Part shown: one piece after another, positions 39,957 through 50,624 of the stretch
Layout: every line of letters begins with the position of its first letter
Position numbering within the stretch: position 1 is the first letter of the stretch
From: Thermodesulfobacteriota bacterium
GTDB lineage: Bacteria > Desulfobacterota > Desulfobacteria > Desulfobacterales > SURF-7
DNA length: 64,000 bases
Reading direction: 5' to 3'
Assembly: GCA_049320885.1 (NCBI GenBank)
Contig: JBMORA010000012.1
Span: 64,001 to 128,000, forward strand
Notes under the pieces: model-generated
The model's database searches: none
Seen by the model: the letters and a program-made list of their open reading frames with translations, nothing else
Told to the model about the DNA's origin: nothing
Translations under genes and position numbers: made by a program

Positions 39957-41384
39957 ATGTTGTTCAATTCATGGGTTTTTCTTTTGTTTCTCGCTGTTGT
40001 GTTGCCTGTTTATTATTCGCTCAACACACGGTTCCAGAATATTTTCCTGATCGTTGCGAGTTATTTTTTCTACGGGTACTGGGATTACCGGTTCCTGTCG
40101 CTTATCGTCATTTCCACTACCGTCAACTATACCATTGCCCTTGGAATCCAGACAGCTGCCGGAAAGAAGAAGAAAAAGCTGTTGATCATCGGAATCATCC
40201 TCAATCTCGGCTTCCTTGGGTTTTTCAAATATTATCATTTTTTCATCGACAGTCTTTCGGATGTTTTCCAAATCCTGGGTTTTTCTCCGGTGACTTCCAC
40301 TTTGAAGATCATTCTGCCCCTGGGAATCAGCTTCTATACCTTTCAGGCCATGGCCTACATCATCGATGTCTACCTGGGAAGGCAGACCGCCACAAAGGAC
40401 AAGATTTCGTTTGCGTTGTTTATCTGTTACTTCCCGTTGCTCCTCGCGGGTCCCATTGAAAGGGCCGGACATCTTCTCCCCATGCTGCAGTCGAAAAGAG
40501 TCGTCAGGCGGGAGGATGTCACTGCCGGCATTCAGCTGATCCTGATCGGGCTGGTGAAAAAAATCGCCATCGCGGATGCGGTGGCGCCGTTTGTCAACCG
40601 CCTGTACCAGGATTGCAACGGCCACATGAGTCTGGACCTCTTATGCGGCGTTTATCTGTTTGCGATCCAGATTTACGGCGATTTTTCCGGCTATAGCGAT
40701 ATCGCCCGGGGGGTCAGCAAACTGCTGGGCATCGATCTGATCATGAATTTCCGGCAACCGTATTTCTCCAAAAATATAGTGGAATTCTGGCGGCGTTGGC
40801 ATATTTCACTGTCCGGATGGCTCCGCGACTATCTTTATATTCCCATGGGCGGAAACCGAAAAGGGAAATGGAAGACCTACCGGAATCTCATGATTACCAT
40901 GCTCCTGGGGGGCTTGTGGCATGGCGCCTCCTGGGTGTTCGTCATCTGGGGCGGATTGCATGGCGCCTATCTTGCCCTCCATAGGATATTCAAGGAAATA
41001 ACGAAGAAAGAGATTCGGGAAAACAGCCGATCCTGGAAAACAGCCGTAATTACCTGGTTCAGTGTTTTTGTTACCTTTCATCTGACGAGTGTCGCCTGGG
41101 TTTTTTTCCGTTCTCCTGATTTGCGCACCGCCGGTGTTTATCTGTTGAGGCTCGCCAGTCCGGCGAATTGGGGCTATGGCGACGCCTCCCTGGTGCAGGC
41201 GACGGTTTTTTATCTTCTGTTCACCTTTTTGCTTGACCTCCCGCAATATCTGGCGGATCGTGAGTTGCTTTTGACAGCCGGTACTCATTGGATTTGGCGC
41301 GGTCTGACGTATGCGATGCTGATGGTGATGATTTCCTTTATCGGGGAAAGCTATGTCCAGCCGTTCATCTATTTTCAGTTTTGA
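39957..41384 (+). CDS. MBOAT O-acyltransferase (AlgI/PatA-like)
   Basis: LPLGISFYTF, AGPIER, DFSGYSD, FWRRWHISL, GLWHGA, C-terminal FIYFQF. Confidence 0.95.
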   Translation: MLFNSWVFLLFLAVVLPVYYSLNTRFQNIFLIVASYFFYGYWDYRFLSLIVISTTVNYTIALGIQTAAGKKKKKLLIIGIILNLGFLGFFKYYHFFIDSLSDVFQILGFSPVTSTLKIILPLGISFYTFQAMAYIIDVYLGRQTATKDKISFALFICYFPLLLAGPIERAGHLLPMLQSKRVVRREDVTAGIQLILIGLVKKIAIADAVAPFVNRLYQDCNGHMSLDLLCGVYLFAIQIYGDFSGYSDIARGVSKLLGIDLIMNFRQPYFSKNIVEFWRRWHISLSGWLRDYLYIPMGGNRKGKWKTYRNLMITMLLGGLWHGASWVFVIWGGLHGAYLALHRIFKEITKKEIRENSRSWKTAVITWFSVFVTFHLTSVAWVFFRSPDLRTAGVYLLRLASPANWGYGDASLVQATVFYLLFTFLLDLPQYLADRELLLTAGTHWIWRGLTYAMLMVMISFIGESYVQPFIYFQF

Positions 41385-42441
41385 CACCCTTGTGGGATTT
41401 CCCCGGCCGAACCGGGTGTTTTTTCTTGCCTTCGCCCTTTTGGCGGGGATCGGCTTCCTGATCTCATGGAACCGCGTATATCTGGAGTCTATATCCCCCC
41501 GATCCCTGTTGACGCCGATTTCATCCTTTCTTCGCAATCAATACACCGGCCGGGCGAAGATCATTTTTCTGGGAAGTTCCCGGTTCGTGTCCTGCATCAA
41601 GACCGACACCTTTGCGCAGCTTGGAAATATCGATCCTTCCAGTGTTCTCAACCTTTCCATGGATTCCGGCAGTTTCTGGGAGGCGCTGGTTCTCTGCCGG
41701 GAAAATCCCTCCCTGCTGGAATCCGCATCGCTTGCCGTGATCAATATCGAGCCATGGATGTTCAACCGGAATCTGCTCCATCCGGTTTACGCGAAACCGC
41801 ATGAATTTGAACCGCATTTTTATACCTGGGCGGAATTCCGGGAGAAGATGGAGATCCCGGATTGGAAAACCAGGGCGGGTTTGTTGCTGGATCTTCTGTG
41901 GCCGTTGTCGGAAAAACGGAATTTCGTCGACTGGTGCAGGGGAGTGAGCGCGATGGCCCATGCCGCCCCGCCGCCGGCCTATCTGATAACGCCAACCTAC
42001 CATTATAGCGAAACGGCATTACGGGCAAGGCTGAATGACCCAAGATTTCACCCGCAGGTGATCACCGCCTACCATTTGCATGACTACACGTTTTCTGAGC
42101 AAAAGGCGGACTATTTGAGACGGCTCGTGCAGATCTTGCGGGAAAAGGGGATCCGGGTGTTGTTGGTCCAGCCGCCCATGCACAGGGTGTATATGGCGGC
42201 CATTTACCAGCAGCCGGATTATCTGGCGGAGTACCGGAAAATGTTGTCGTATATTCATGCCATGGAGAGCGCCCAGATCCGTTCGATTATCTGGGAGACA
42301 CCGGAGGATTGCGGGCTGGATGAAACGGTATTTATAGACTACGGACATTTCAATTTGGTCGGCGCGCGGTTGTTCACGGAGAAATTATATCTTGAAATGA
42401 AACAATTGGGAGTAACGGGAGCCGATGAAACCAGTCGATAA
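41353..42441 (+). CDS. MBOAT-partner periplasmic SGNH/DltD-like protein
   Basis: N-terminal TM, FLGSSR, C-terminal FIDYGHFN (DxxH); directly follows the MBOAT. Confidence 0.75.
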   Translation: MSSRSSIFSFDTLVGFPRPNRVFFLAFALLAGIGFLISWNRVYLESISPRSLLTPISSFLRNQYTGRAKIIFLGSSRFVSCIKTDTFAQLGNIDPSSVLNLSMDSGSFWEALVLCRENPSLLESASLAVINIEPWMFNRNLLHPVYAKPHEFEPHFYTWAEFREKMEIPDWKTRAGLLLDLLWPLSEKRNFVDWCRGVSAMAHAAPPPAYLITPTYHYSETALRARLNDPRFHPQVITAYHLHDYTFSEQKADYLRRLVQILREKGIRVLLVQPPMHRVYMAAIYQQPDYLAEYRKMLSYIHAMESAQIRSIIWETPEDCGLDETVFIDYGHFNLVGARLFTEKLYLEMKQLGVTGADETSR

Positions 42442-43399
42442 AAAAACCATCATTGTCTGTATCCCCATTTATCGCGATTGGGAATCCGCCGGAAAACTCC
42501 TGTCCGAAATGGATGTGGAATTGAGACGGTTCGGCGATCACTACCGTTTGGAAGTGTTGCTGGTGGATGACGGCGCCGAAGAAAAGGGAAAGCCGGTTTT
42601 TCCTTCGCCGCTGCAGTTTATTGAACGAATCGGCATCCTGCGAATGCGCCGGAATTTAGGGCACCAGCGGGCCATCGCCATCGGTCTGAGTTATATTCAT
42701 GCCCATAAACATGCCGATGCCGTGATGGTCATGGATGGTGACGGCGAAGACACGGTCCGGGGGGTGGCAACGCTGATAACGGAATTTAGCGATAACCAGG
42801 GCCGGGTTGTGGTCTTTGCCCGGCGAGGCCGCCGGACGGAATCAATGCTGTTCCGGATTTTTTATCAGTTGTATAAACTGTTGCATTGGGTTCTGACCGG
42901 CCGTGGGATACAGGTAGGCAATTTCAGCATCTTGCCGTTTCAGCATCTTGAATGCCTGGTGGCAGCCCCGGAGCTCTGGAATCATTATGCCGCCTCGGTT
43001 ATCAAACTGAAGTTGCCCTGCAAACTGGTTCCAATCGATCGCGGCCATCGGATTGCCGGAAAATCGAGCATGAATTTCATCGCCTTTGTGATCCATGGAT
43101 TGAGCGCCATATCCGTATATGCGGAAGAAGTGGGTGTTCGATTAATGGTTTTCTGCGCAATCATGATCGGCGTGTTCGCACTGGGCTTGGCGGGAGTTAT
43201 TTCCATTCGTTTTTTTACGGACTACGCCATCCCCGGCTGGGCGACCAGTGCCTTCGGGTTGACTTTCAGCGTGATCCTGCAATTGCTGGTCATTTCTCTC
43301 ATTGTTGTGGTGATAACCCTGAAAAACCGCTCCGCTGCGGATTTCATGCCCATGCGGGATTTTCAGTATTTCATCAGAGAAAAGGAAGCGAATATCTGA
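42425..43399 (+). CDS. GT2 polyprenol-phosphate glycosyltransferase
   Basis: IPIYRD, VDDG, RNLGHQRAI, MDGDGED, C-terminal TMs with PGWAT. Confidence 0.88.
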   Translation: MKPVDKKTIIVCIPIYRDWESAGKLLSEMDVELRRFGDHYRLEVLLVDDGAEEKGKPVFPSPLQFIERIGILRMRRNLGHQRAIAIGLSYIHAHKHADAVMVMDGDGEDTVRGVATLITEFSDNQGRVVVFARRGRRTESMLFRIFYQLYKLLHWVLTGRGIQVGNFSILPFQHLECLVAAPELWNHYAASVIKLKLPCKLVPIDRGHRIAGKSSMNFIAFVIHGLSAISVYAEEVGVRLMVFCAIMIGVFALGLAGVISIRFFTDYAIPGWATSAFGLTFSVILQLLVISLIVVVITLKNRSAADFMPMRDFQYFIREKEANI

Positions 43400-43433
43400 C
43401 TTCATGGGCTGGCAATCGTATGCGATTGATATC

Positions 43434-44147
43434 ATGAATGAAAAATACCAATATGCCGGCGGGGAATTGGCGCTTTTTGCCAAAGCCATTCATTGGAAAA
43501 AATATGTTTCCAGGGTGATAGGCCCGTATATCGCAGGCGACGTCCTGGAGGTTGGTGCAGGAATAGGAGAAAGCACCAGGCTTTTGCATGCATGGGACCA
43601 TCGCAGCTGGCTCTGCGTTGAGCCGGATTCTGGCCTTTTTCAGGAGTTACGGAAAACCGTTTCCGATTTACCGGATAATCATACGGTTACTTGTATGCAA
43701 GGGTTTCTGGCCGATCTCGGGACCAAGCAACTGTTTGACACCATACTATACATCGATGTGCTAGAGCATATCGAAAAAGATGCTTCGGAAATGGAAGCGG
43801 TATCCAGGTATTTGCGACCCGGTGGGCATGTCATCATTCTTGCGCCTGCGCATCAATGTCTGTTTACTCCATTCGATGCGGCGATAGGGCATTTCCGACG
43901 ATACGGCAAATCCTCATTGCAACGAATCATACCGGAAAACATCCGAATCCTCCGGATGATATATCTGGATAGCGTCGGACTGGCTGCCAGTTTGGCAAAC
44001 AGGTTTCTATTGAAGCAGGCCATGCCGACCTTGGGGCAGATCATGACATGGGACCGGATGCTGGTGCCGGTGTCAAGAATCATCGACCCTTTATTCCGAT
44101 ATAGACTCGGCAAGACGATTGTGGGTGTCGGGAAGAAAACAGTATAA
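43434..44147 (+). CDS. Class I SAM-dependent methyltransferase
   Basis: VLEVGAGIG, IDVLEHI, PAHQ.LF..FD..IGHFRRY. Confidence 0.88.
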   Translation: MNEKYQYAGGELALFAKAIHWKKYVSRVIGPYIAGDVLEVGAGIGESTRLLHAWDHRSWLCVEPDSGLFQELRKTVSDLPDNHTVTCMQGFLADLGTKQLFDTILYIDVLEHIEKDASEMEAVSRYLRPGGHVIILAPAHQCLFTPFDAAIGHFRRYGKSSLQRIIPENIRILRMIYLDSVGLAASLANRFLLKQAMPTLGQIMTWDRMLVPVSRIIDPLFRYRLGKTIVGVGKKTV

Positions 44148-44160
44148 TTCGGATTTTTCT

Positions 44161-46122
44161 TTATGGATTCATCAGTTTCGCAGCCATTTGCCGATAGGCT
44201 GCGGAGTCCGGTGTTTTCCGCGCCATTTGATGCAGCCAGGCAATGGCTTTCTTCCGTTTATTCGCCGGAACCTTATTCGGATTGATAAAAAAGATCATTT
44301 TATATCTCCTGCTGATTCGAATCGTTTCCAGCGGCTCCATATTTTTTGTTATATAATCGATTATATAATCGTTTGAATCATATTGCGGATAGGCAAACAA
44401 CCCCTGAAAGAAGGAATGGCCGGTGCCTGAGAGGGATTGCGCGCTGAAAGCCGGAGTGTTTTCGAACACAAACGCCAAAACCGGCTCTCGCTTGTCGCGG
44501 ATCATTCTTTCAACCCAGGATTGATGAGCCCGGGAAAAAGCCGGGCTTCCAGGATTAAGAAAGGAGTCAACAAGGGCTGGTCTGCGTTTTGCAATCATAT
44601 GAGCCATGGGATTCAGAACAGTTGATATCATAAAATCATCGGGATTAGAAAACTCATTGGTCCTGGATTCCACCCAGCCATATATGCTGGAATAGACGGA
44701 ATTGGTTTTGATTCCGGCGCCGAATCCTTGTTTGATCACTGTATCCATTTTTTCAGGTGAGACGTCGAAATACGTATGCCGCCAGTCCGACCATCCGATT
44801 TCGTAATAAAACGGACCAAAACAAATGATAATGGAGAAAATTTGGATGGCGATGGATTTCGTTTTAAAAAATTGGTGATGGGTCAAGAATAAGGTGACGG
44901 CTGCCATGGCAGGGATGGCGCAATGCATCAGTGTAAGCATTCCAAGGCCTGAAAAAACGACCATGCTGAGAGAAAGCACCATACAGGGCAGCACGATGAG
45001 AACGAATGGGAGTTTTTCAGATGGGAACTTGCCGTGAAATATCCTGATACCCCAACCAAGGCCGACAATGAGATAAAAAGCGGCGAGATATGAGGCGAAC
45101 CAGCCCGGCCGCCTGTAGCTGTCAATCCAGCAGGGACGGAGTATTCCGAAAAAGGAGGTCTCCATTATCAGGTAGGAAAGAATGGAAATGAACACCAGGC
45201 AGGAGAAACCGTAAATCCAGTGGAATCTGTACAGATGCAACGATAGCCGGATCAAAACCAATATCGCTCCGGCAACCAATACATGGGAAACAATGCCCGG
45301 ATTGATTGTAATCAGACCCGAGTCCGAATAAAACGGTATGGATCTGAAAAAAATAACCGTCTTGAACAGCGCCTTGATGTAGGCGACATTAAAATATGAA
45401 AGGAAAACAAGCCAGCAAATACAAAATGGGCTCATGACCAGCAGCACGTCCCGAAATGGAAAAACAAGCTGGTCCGGCTTGATTCGTTTCAAGAGAAAAA
45501 AGAGCAGCAGCGGCGCGACGATTATGACACTTAAATGGAGCAGGCATATGCTGATGCACCATAAACAAAAACCGGAAAGAAGATAAAAGACCTTTTTACT
45601 GACCGGGCTGTTGGCGGTGATCCCAAAAAGGAAAAATGAAATATACAGGATCAAGAAAAAATGCGGGTAGGTATAATAGTTCAGGTTGGATGTCGACCCC
45701 ACTGGATCTAGTCCGGTGAAAGCAAAGATCGAGAATACATAACCGAGGAACCAGGCTTTTTTTTCTACCCTGAAAAGCGCAATGGAAAATACCAGGAGGG
45801 CCGCAATCGTGAAACCGTATTGCAGCCGCCGGAACCCGAGCAGCGTGATATCGGGAAAAAGGCGGAAGATTTGGCTGTTAACCAAGGTGTATAATCGTAA
45901 AAGGCCGATATCCGCGTCTTTGAGGAAATGATCGCCGGCAGCAAGACGCCAGCTTTCGGTCATATGGTAGCCTTCATCGACAAAATTGAAGCCATAGGGA
46001 AGTTTGATCCATCCCCATATCGCCAGCAGTACAAATAGCCCAATCCCCCACAAGAAAACAAAGGATTGATCGCGGCTTGTGATCGATTTGCCCGCCGGCT
46101 TGTTTTTTATCTCGCTTGGCAT
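44161..46122 (-). CDS. Polytopic membrane protein, putative GT-C glycosyltransferase (paralog 1)
   Basis: YGFNFVDEGYHMTESWRLAAGDH after TM1 (DE motif), FTGLDP, YYTYPH, GFGAGIKTN; many TMs. Confidence 0.65.
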   Translation of the reverse strand: MPSEIKNKPAGKSITSRDQSFVFLWGIGLFVLLAIWGWIKLPYGFNFVDEGYHMTESWRLAAGDHFLKDADIGLLRLYTLVNSQIFRLFPDITLLGFRRLQYGFTIAALLVFSIALFRVEKKAWFLGYVFSIFAFTGLDPVGSTSNLNYYTYPHFFLILYISFFLFGITANSPVSKKVFYLLSGFCLWCISICLLHLSVIIVAPLLLFFLLKRIKPDQLVFPFRDVLLVMSPFCICWLVFLSYFNVAYIKALFKTVIFFRSIPFYSDSGLITINPGIVSHVLVAGAILVLIRLSLHLYRFHWIYGFSCLVFISILSYLIMETSFFGILRPCWIDSYRRPGWFASYLAAFYLIVGLGWGIRIFHGKFPSEKLPFVLIVLPCMVLSLSMVVFSGLGMLTLMHCAIPAMAAVTLFLTHHQFFKTKSIAIQIFSIIICFGPFYYEIGWSDWRHTYFDVSPEKMDTVIKQGFGAGIKTNSVYSSIYGWVESRTNEFSNPDDFMISTVLNPMAHMIAKRRPALVDSFLNPGSPAFSRAHQSWVERMIRDKREPVLAFVFENTPAFSAQSLSGTGHSFFQGLFAYPQYDSNDYIIDYITKNMEPLETIRISRRYKMIFFINPNKVPANKRKKAIAWLHQMARKTPDSAAYRQMAAKLMNP

Positions 46123-47249
46123 ACGGTTTTATGTCTTTCTGGTTTGATTTGGAACGTAAAATATTTTTTTGCTTTTAGAAAATGTTGTTCCAGCAGATGA
46201 AAGCTGAGAAAGGAAACGGAAAAAGTGGCGAGCAGCACGGTTATGAACTGAAGCCACGGATTTTCGATATGTAGGGAGAGAACATCGAAACGGATGATGC
46301 TAACGAAAATTATCCAATGATAAATATAAATACCATAACTATATTTCCCCAATAGCCGCAGGATATTGTTACTGAGAAAGCGCTTTACGGGAATGATGCC
46401 ATCGTTAAGTGAAAGGTAAATCAAACAGGAAAAGAACAGGGCGATAATTGGAGTCATAACAACGAGTATTAAGGGGGAAGCGGCATGGATTCCCTTTTCG
46501 ATGATACCGGTGAGCATTAGAATGGAGAAGGACAGGAAAAAGAGAAATCTGGCTTTCTTGGTGATTATGGCCTTATCCCAATATAAATGGGCATAGGCGG
46601 CTAATCCGCCGAAAGCAAAACAATCCATTCTGGCGAACATATTGGTGAACAGAACCGGAGCAGTCATTCCAATGAAAAATAAACAGGTTTTAAAAGAGAT
46701 CGCGGCGGTGATGATGGCGGTCATTACAAACGGTAGCCTCGCGGATTGAAAGGTAAAAATTATTAACGGCCAAAAAAGGTAAAATTGTTCTTCGACACAT
46801 AAACTCCAAAAATGATTTAGATAATCACTGATGGCCCATGAGTTGTTGATCCAGATATAGATATTATAGGCATACAGAAAAAACCACTTCATGGGCGCGC
46901 AGTATTGAATCGTGTAATGGATGTCTGCATTTTTGATTAACAGAAAAAAAACAACCGTAAGCGTGAAATAATACAAAGGAAAAATGCGTAGGGATCTTCT
47001 TCCATAAAAAATCAGGTATTTTTTTTGTGTCTGTTTCAGTCCGATGAGAATCCTTGTGATTAAAAAGCCGGAAAGCACAAAAAAGAGATCAACACCGATC
47101 CAGCAAGAAGCTTTGATTGGCGCGATGAAATCAGACATCGGCAGGCTATTCAGAGGCATGCAATGAAAAATGAGCACAAGCGTTATCGCCATCCCGCGGA
47201 TGCCGTCCAACTCGGGAAAATGGCTGTCAAGACAATGATTCGAATTCAT
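46107..47249 (-). CDS. Acyltransferase-3 (OafA-like)
   Basis: LDGIRG, GVDLFFVLSGFLI, RR..RIFP, HFWSLCVEEQFY, GKYSYGIYIYH. Confidence 0.93.
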   Translation of the reverse strand: MNSNHCLDSHFPELDGIRGMAITLVLIFHCMPLNSLPMSDFIAPIKASCWIGVDLFFVLSGFLITRILIGLKQTQKKYLIFYGRRSLRIFPLYYFTLTVVFFLLIKNADIHYTIQYCAPMKWFFLYAYNIYIWINNSWAISDYLNHFWSLCVEEQFYLFWPLIIFTFQSARLPFVMTAIITAAISFKTCLFFIGMTAPVLFTNMFARMDCFAFGGLAAYAHLYWDKAIITKKARFLFFLSFSILMLTGIIEKGIHAASPLILVVMTPIIALFFSCLIYLSLNDGIIPVKRFLSNNILRLLGKYSYGIYIYHWIIFVSIIRFDVLSLHIENPWLQFITVLLATFSVSFLSFHLLEQHFLKAKKYFTFQIKPERHKTVCQAR

Positions 47250-47277
47250 ATGATGGCAATTTCATGACAGTAAAATA

Positions 47278-48606
47278 TTATTCAGGCTCTTTCATCCAAA
47301 CCAGAGCGGAAGAGATTTTATCAATAATGAACGGCTTTAACAAATTGACGGTGAAGATCAGCAGGATGGTGATGACGATCCAGGTGCTGAAATGCTCAAT
47401 GAGCACGATGGTATACTTGATTTTTGACTCCAAATGAGACCATCCCAGCCTATTGACAAGCGGTTTGACATAATAAAGGGGGAGTTCATTCCAAATCACC
47501 AGAGGCAGCAAAATGAAAAAGAATCTGATCAGCCTGTTTGTTGCGGAGGAATTTTTTTTACTCCGGAGCGTTTCGAAAAGATACGGAAAAGTAAAAATGA
47601 AAAACATGCACCGGTAGTCATAATTGGTGATGGTGAAAAAGCAAAAGAAAAGACATGCGGAACCGGTTAAGAACAAGTTGTCTTTAAAGCCGACGGTTGT
47701 ATTGCCAGAAACAGGGAATTTCGGCGAAATCAAGACGGAAAACAGCAATACAGCGAAAATAGCGATGAAATAGACCGTATTATTGATGGGCCATTGTAAA
47801 AAAAGCCAGCAAAACAGAAGGGCGCCTCCGAATGCCTGGCGTGTATAGGGCCGGATGACGGATTTCTGCAAGATGAGGAAATCGGAATAGGTGGCGATGA
47901 AATACCCTGCCCACAACAACGCCGTACAAATAAAAAACAAATAAAAATTCCGGTTCGTTTTGATATGGCGGACAAATACGGCAAAAACAATGAACGGATA
48001 AAATTTAAGCGCCCCCGCCAGAAAAATCAAGGAGCAGGACACGGCATCAAAAAGAAGCCGTCTGCAGGATAATAGATATATCGCGACCGCCAGGAGGATG
48101 AAAATTACCAGGTCATTGTTTCCCCGTTCGACGCCGAGCAATACTGCGGGAGAAAACAGCACCATCCCACTGACAAAGAATTCGTATTTTGTTTTCGGCT
48201 TCAGGATGATCACGGATGTGAGCAGAAAAAGGAAAACGAGCACGGCGCCCACCGCCGTATTCGCAGCCCTGGATAATCCTGAATAACCGATCATGAGCCA
48301 TAAACGGGAATAGATATGAACCCGTTCCAATACGTCGTATGGATTTTCCTGAAAGACGTTGTATCCATCCCTATGGGCGTCAGAGGCGGACAGGATTGCA
48401 TACATATCCAGAAATATCGGTTTGATATGGAGAATGCCCCAATATTCCCATAAACCGTACCGGAACATGGCGAAATAAAAAATCATCAACAAAAGAACAA
48501 GGCCGATAACCCATTGATGGGTCTGAGCCAAACGGAAAAGACCGGTTGGTTTGTCAAATGACGCATTACGATTGTTTATCCGCATGGAAATGACCGATTT
48601 CTGCAA
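47278..48606 (-). CDS. Polytopic membrane protein, GT87-like (GT-C) candidate
   Basis: FLDM...GYNVF..NP.D, VERGNNDL, LKFYP, NYDYR motifs; about 11 TMs; start uncertain (48585 is an alternative). Confidence 0.6.
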   Translation of the reverse strand: MQKSVISMRINNRNASFDKPTGLFRLAQTHQWVIGLVLLLMIFYFAMFRYGLWEYWGILHIKPIFLDMYAILSASDAHRDGYNVFQENPYDVLERVHIYSRLWLMIGYSGLSRAANTAVGAVLVFLFLLTSVIILKPKTKYEFFVSGMVLFSPAVLLGVERGNNDLVIFILLAVAIYLLSCRRLLFDAVSCSLIFLAGALKFYPFIVFAVFVRHIKTNRNFYLFFICTALLWAGYFIATYSDFLILQKSVIRPYTRQAFGGALLFCWLFLQWPINNTVYFIAIFAVLLFSVLISPKFPVSGNTTVGFKDNLFLTGSACLFFCFFTITNYDYRCMFFIFTFPYLFETLRSKKNSSATNRLIRFFFILLPLVIWNELPLYYVKPLVNRLGWSHLESKIKYTIVLIEHFSTWIVITILLIFTVNLLKPFIIDKISSALVWMKEPE

Positions 48607-48841
48607 CTATTCCCATCTTCGAGGCTCGCGGGTACAAGCAAGCGGCATGATGGCCGATAACTTGCGAAAAATAGTACAATATTTTGCATTTTATCACAAT
48701 GCTTTTTTCGATCTGGCATATCGCCCTGTCTTATGGTATCAAGACAAGATATTGTGATATTAATGGCATATGCCTTCCGTACATCCGTTCCACCATTGCG
48801 GCGCCTTGACCGGCGGTGATCATAAGGAAATGATTGGCACA

Positions 48842-49864
48842 ATGCGGGATAAGAGCCTGGATCTCATGAAAGCCCTGAGCATCGTCGCCGTACTGTATTG
48901 GCATCTCCAGCCTTTTGAATATAAAGTGGACCAGAACAATCTATTCACGCATGCCATCCATTGGATAAAATATTATCTCAATTTTGAGATCACTTCCATG
49001 GCCGTGCCTGTGTTGTTGCTGGTCTCCCTGTATCTGTTTTTTTTGAAAACATTGGATGATCAGCATTATTTCCGAAAGCGAATCAAACGATTGTTCAACA
49101 TATCGGCTTTCTGGATTTCCTTTCAGTTCGTTCTTTTCCTTTGGCTCCAGCCAATCAAAATTCCAGGGGATAAAATCCTGCCGATCATTCTTATGGGCGG
49201 GCCTGATTTGCCGTTGGCCGGCGGTTCGGTCTTCTATTATCTGGTGGTGCTGATGTTGTTGATCAGCTTGCTGCATTTTCTTATCTTGGCGCATATAGAA
49301 CAATTCGGCCCAATGAATGTTTTCTTCATCATCCTGCTGCTGTCCTATTTCGAATATATGAACCTGACCGGCAATAATATACCCTACTGGCGAATCGACA
49401 GTTTTTTAATTTACATACCGACGATTGTGCTGATCCAAAAAAAGCGGAGCGAATGGATCAGGCGGCGATATTTTTTTATCGCCGGATTTCTTCTCTTCAG
49501 TATCCAGGACTTATTCCTTGGAAATTTAGGCGGCAATAATTCTCATTATGCCAGGGCTTCCGTTTATTTTGGCGCGGTGGGTTTTTTTTTATTTTGTATG
49601 CGCTTGAAAACAAGAGAAAACAAGCTTGTCGATTTTTTATCCGCGTATACGTTGGGTATCTTTGCCATGCATAAATACTGGCTGATGTTGCTCTTGATTC
49701 TCTTCAATGAGCTGTATAATCGCTATGAATTCGGATTATATCTGAATTTCATGGGGCTCCGCTGGCATTGGCTCTATTTTTGTATCACCATACTCACAGT
49801 TGTTGTCACGATGCTGGCGGCGGCTGCACTGTCGTTGACCCCCGTAAAACAGTTTGTGAAATGA
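48842..49864 (+). CDS. Acyltransferase-3 family membrane protein
   Basis: LDLMKA..I.AV..WH, AVP...S, KRIKRL, YTLGIFAMH. Confidence 0.78.
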   Translation: MRDKSLDLMKALSIVAVLYWHLQPFEYKVDQNNLFTHAIHWIKYYLNFEITSMAVPVLLLVSLYLFFLKTLDDQHYFRKRIKRLFNISAFWISFQFVLFLWLQPIKIPGDKILPIILMGGPDLPLAGGSVFYYLVVLMLLISLLHFLILAHIEQFGPMNVFFIILLLSYFEYMNLTGNNIPYWRIDSFLIYIPTIVLIQKKRSEWIRRRYFFIAGFLLFSIQDLFLGNLGGNNSHYARASVYFGAVGFFLFCMRLKTRENKLVDFLSAYTLGIFAMHKYWLMLLLILFNELYNRYEFGLYLNFMGLRWHWLYFCITILTVVVTMLAAAALSLTPVKQFVK

Positions 49865-49894
49865 TTGGTAGCAATAACCCGGATTATCAATGGA

Positions 49895-50554
49895 ATGATG
49901 AAGACGAGAATTGATTCGAACGATCAGATCGACAATGGAATCCGTTCCTTATTGAAGCGACCATGCATCTATTTATTTTTCCAGGCGGTAATGAACAGCC
50001 ACGGGAAATATGCGATGTATCTGGAACGCTTTTTACAACCCGTGAATGGAAAACGGATTCTCGATATCGGTTGCGGATGCGCCGACATTCTCAAGCTCTT
50101 GCCCGCGGGTGTGGAATATGTGGGGTATGATTTGAGCCGGGAATATATCGAATATGCCCAAAGGAAATATGGGCATCGTGCCGAATTTCACCTTAAACGG
50201 GTAAAAGATATAACGCTTGATGAAAAAAACCAATTTGATATCGTTCTCGCTGACGGGCTGTTACATCACCTCTCCGATACGGAGGCTGCCGAACTTTTCA
50301 GGGTGGGGCATGACGCCTTGTCCGATCATGGGTTCATGTTTACAGTTGATCCGACGGTCAACAGCAGCCAAAGGCTCATATCAAGATGGATCAGTTTGAT
50401 GGACAGGGGCATGCATGTCCGGACCCCAGAGCAATACCATCGCATCGCCTGCGCGGTTTTTCCTGCGGTTGAAATCACTGTGATCGATAATGTCAGCGGA
50501 AGACCGCAAACCGGCTGTTTTTTGAAATGTTATAAAACCAGTAACCGAAAATAG
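49895..50554 (+). CDS. Class I SAM-dependent methyltransferase
   Basis: ILDIGCG, YVGYDLS, GLLHHLSD, DRG..VR. Confidence 0.88.
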   Translation: MMKTRIDSNDQIDNGIRSLLKRPCIYLFFQAVMNSHGKYAMYLERFLQPVNGKRILDIGCGCADILKLLPAGVEYVGYDLSREYIEYAQRKYGHRAEFHLKRVKDITLDEKNQFDIVLADGLLHHLSDTEAAELFRVGHDALSDHGFMFTVDPTVNSSQRLISRWISLMDRGMHVRTPEQYHRIACAVFPAVEITVIDNVSGRPQTGCFLKCYKTSNRK

Positions 50555-50597
50555 GCGGCCACCTCCTTGTTTGCCCGATTTTGTCCGTCAGCAGGAG

Positions 50598-50624
50598 ACC
50601 GCTTTCAATACTGAAAGCGGTTTA
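50598..50624. terminator. Probable bidirectional terminator between convergent genes
   Basis: ACCGCTTTCA-atac-TGAAAGCGGT 10-bp stem. Confidence 0.65.
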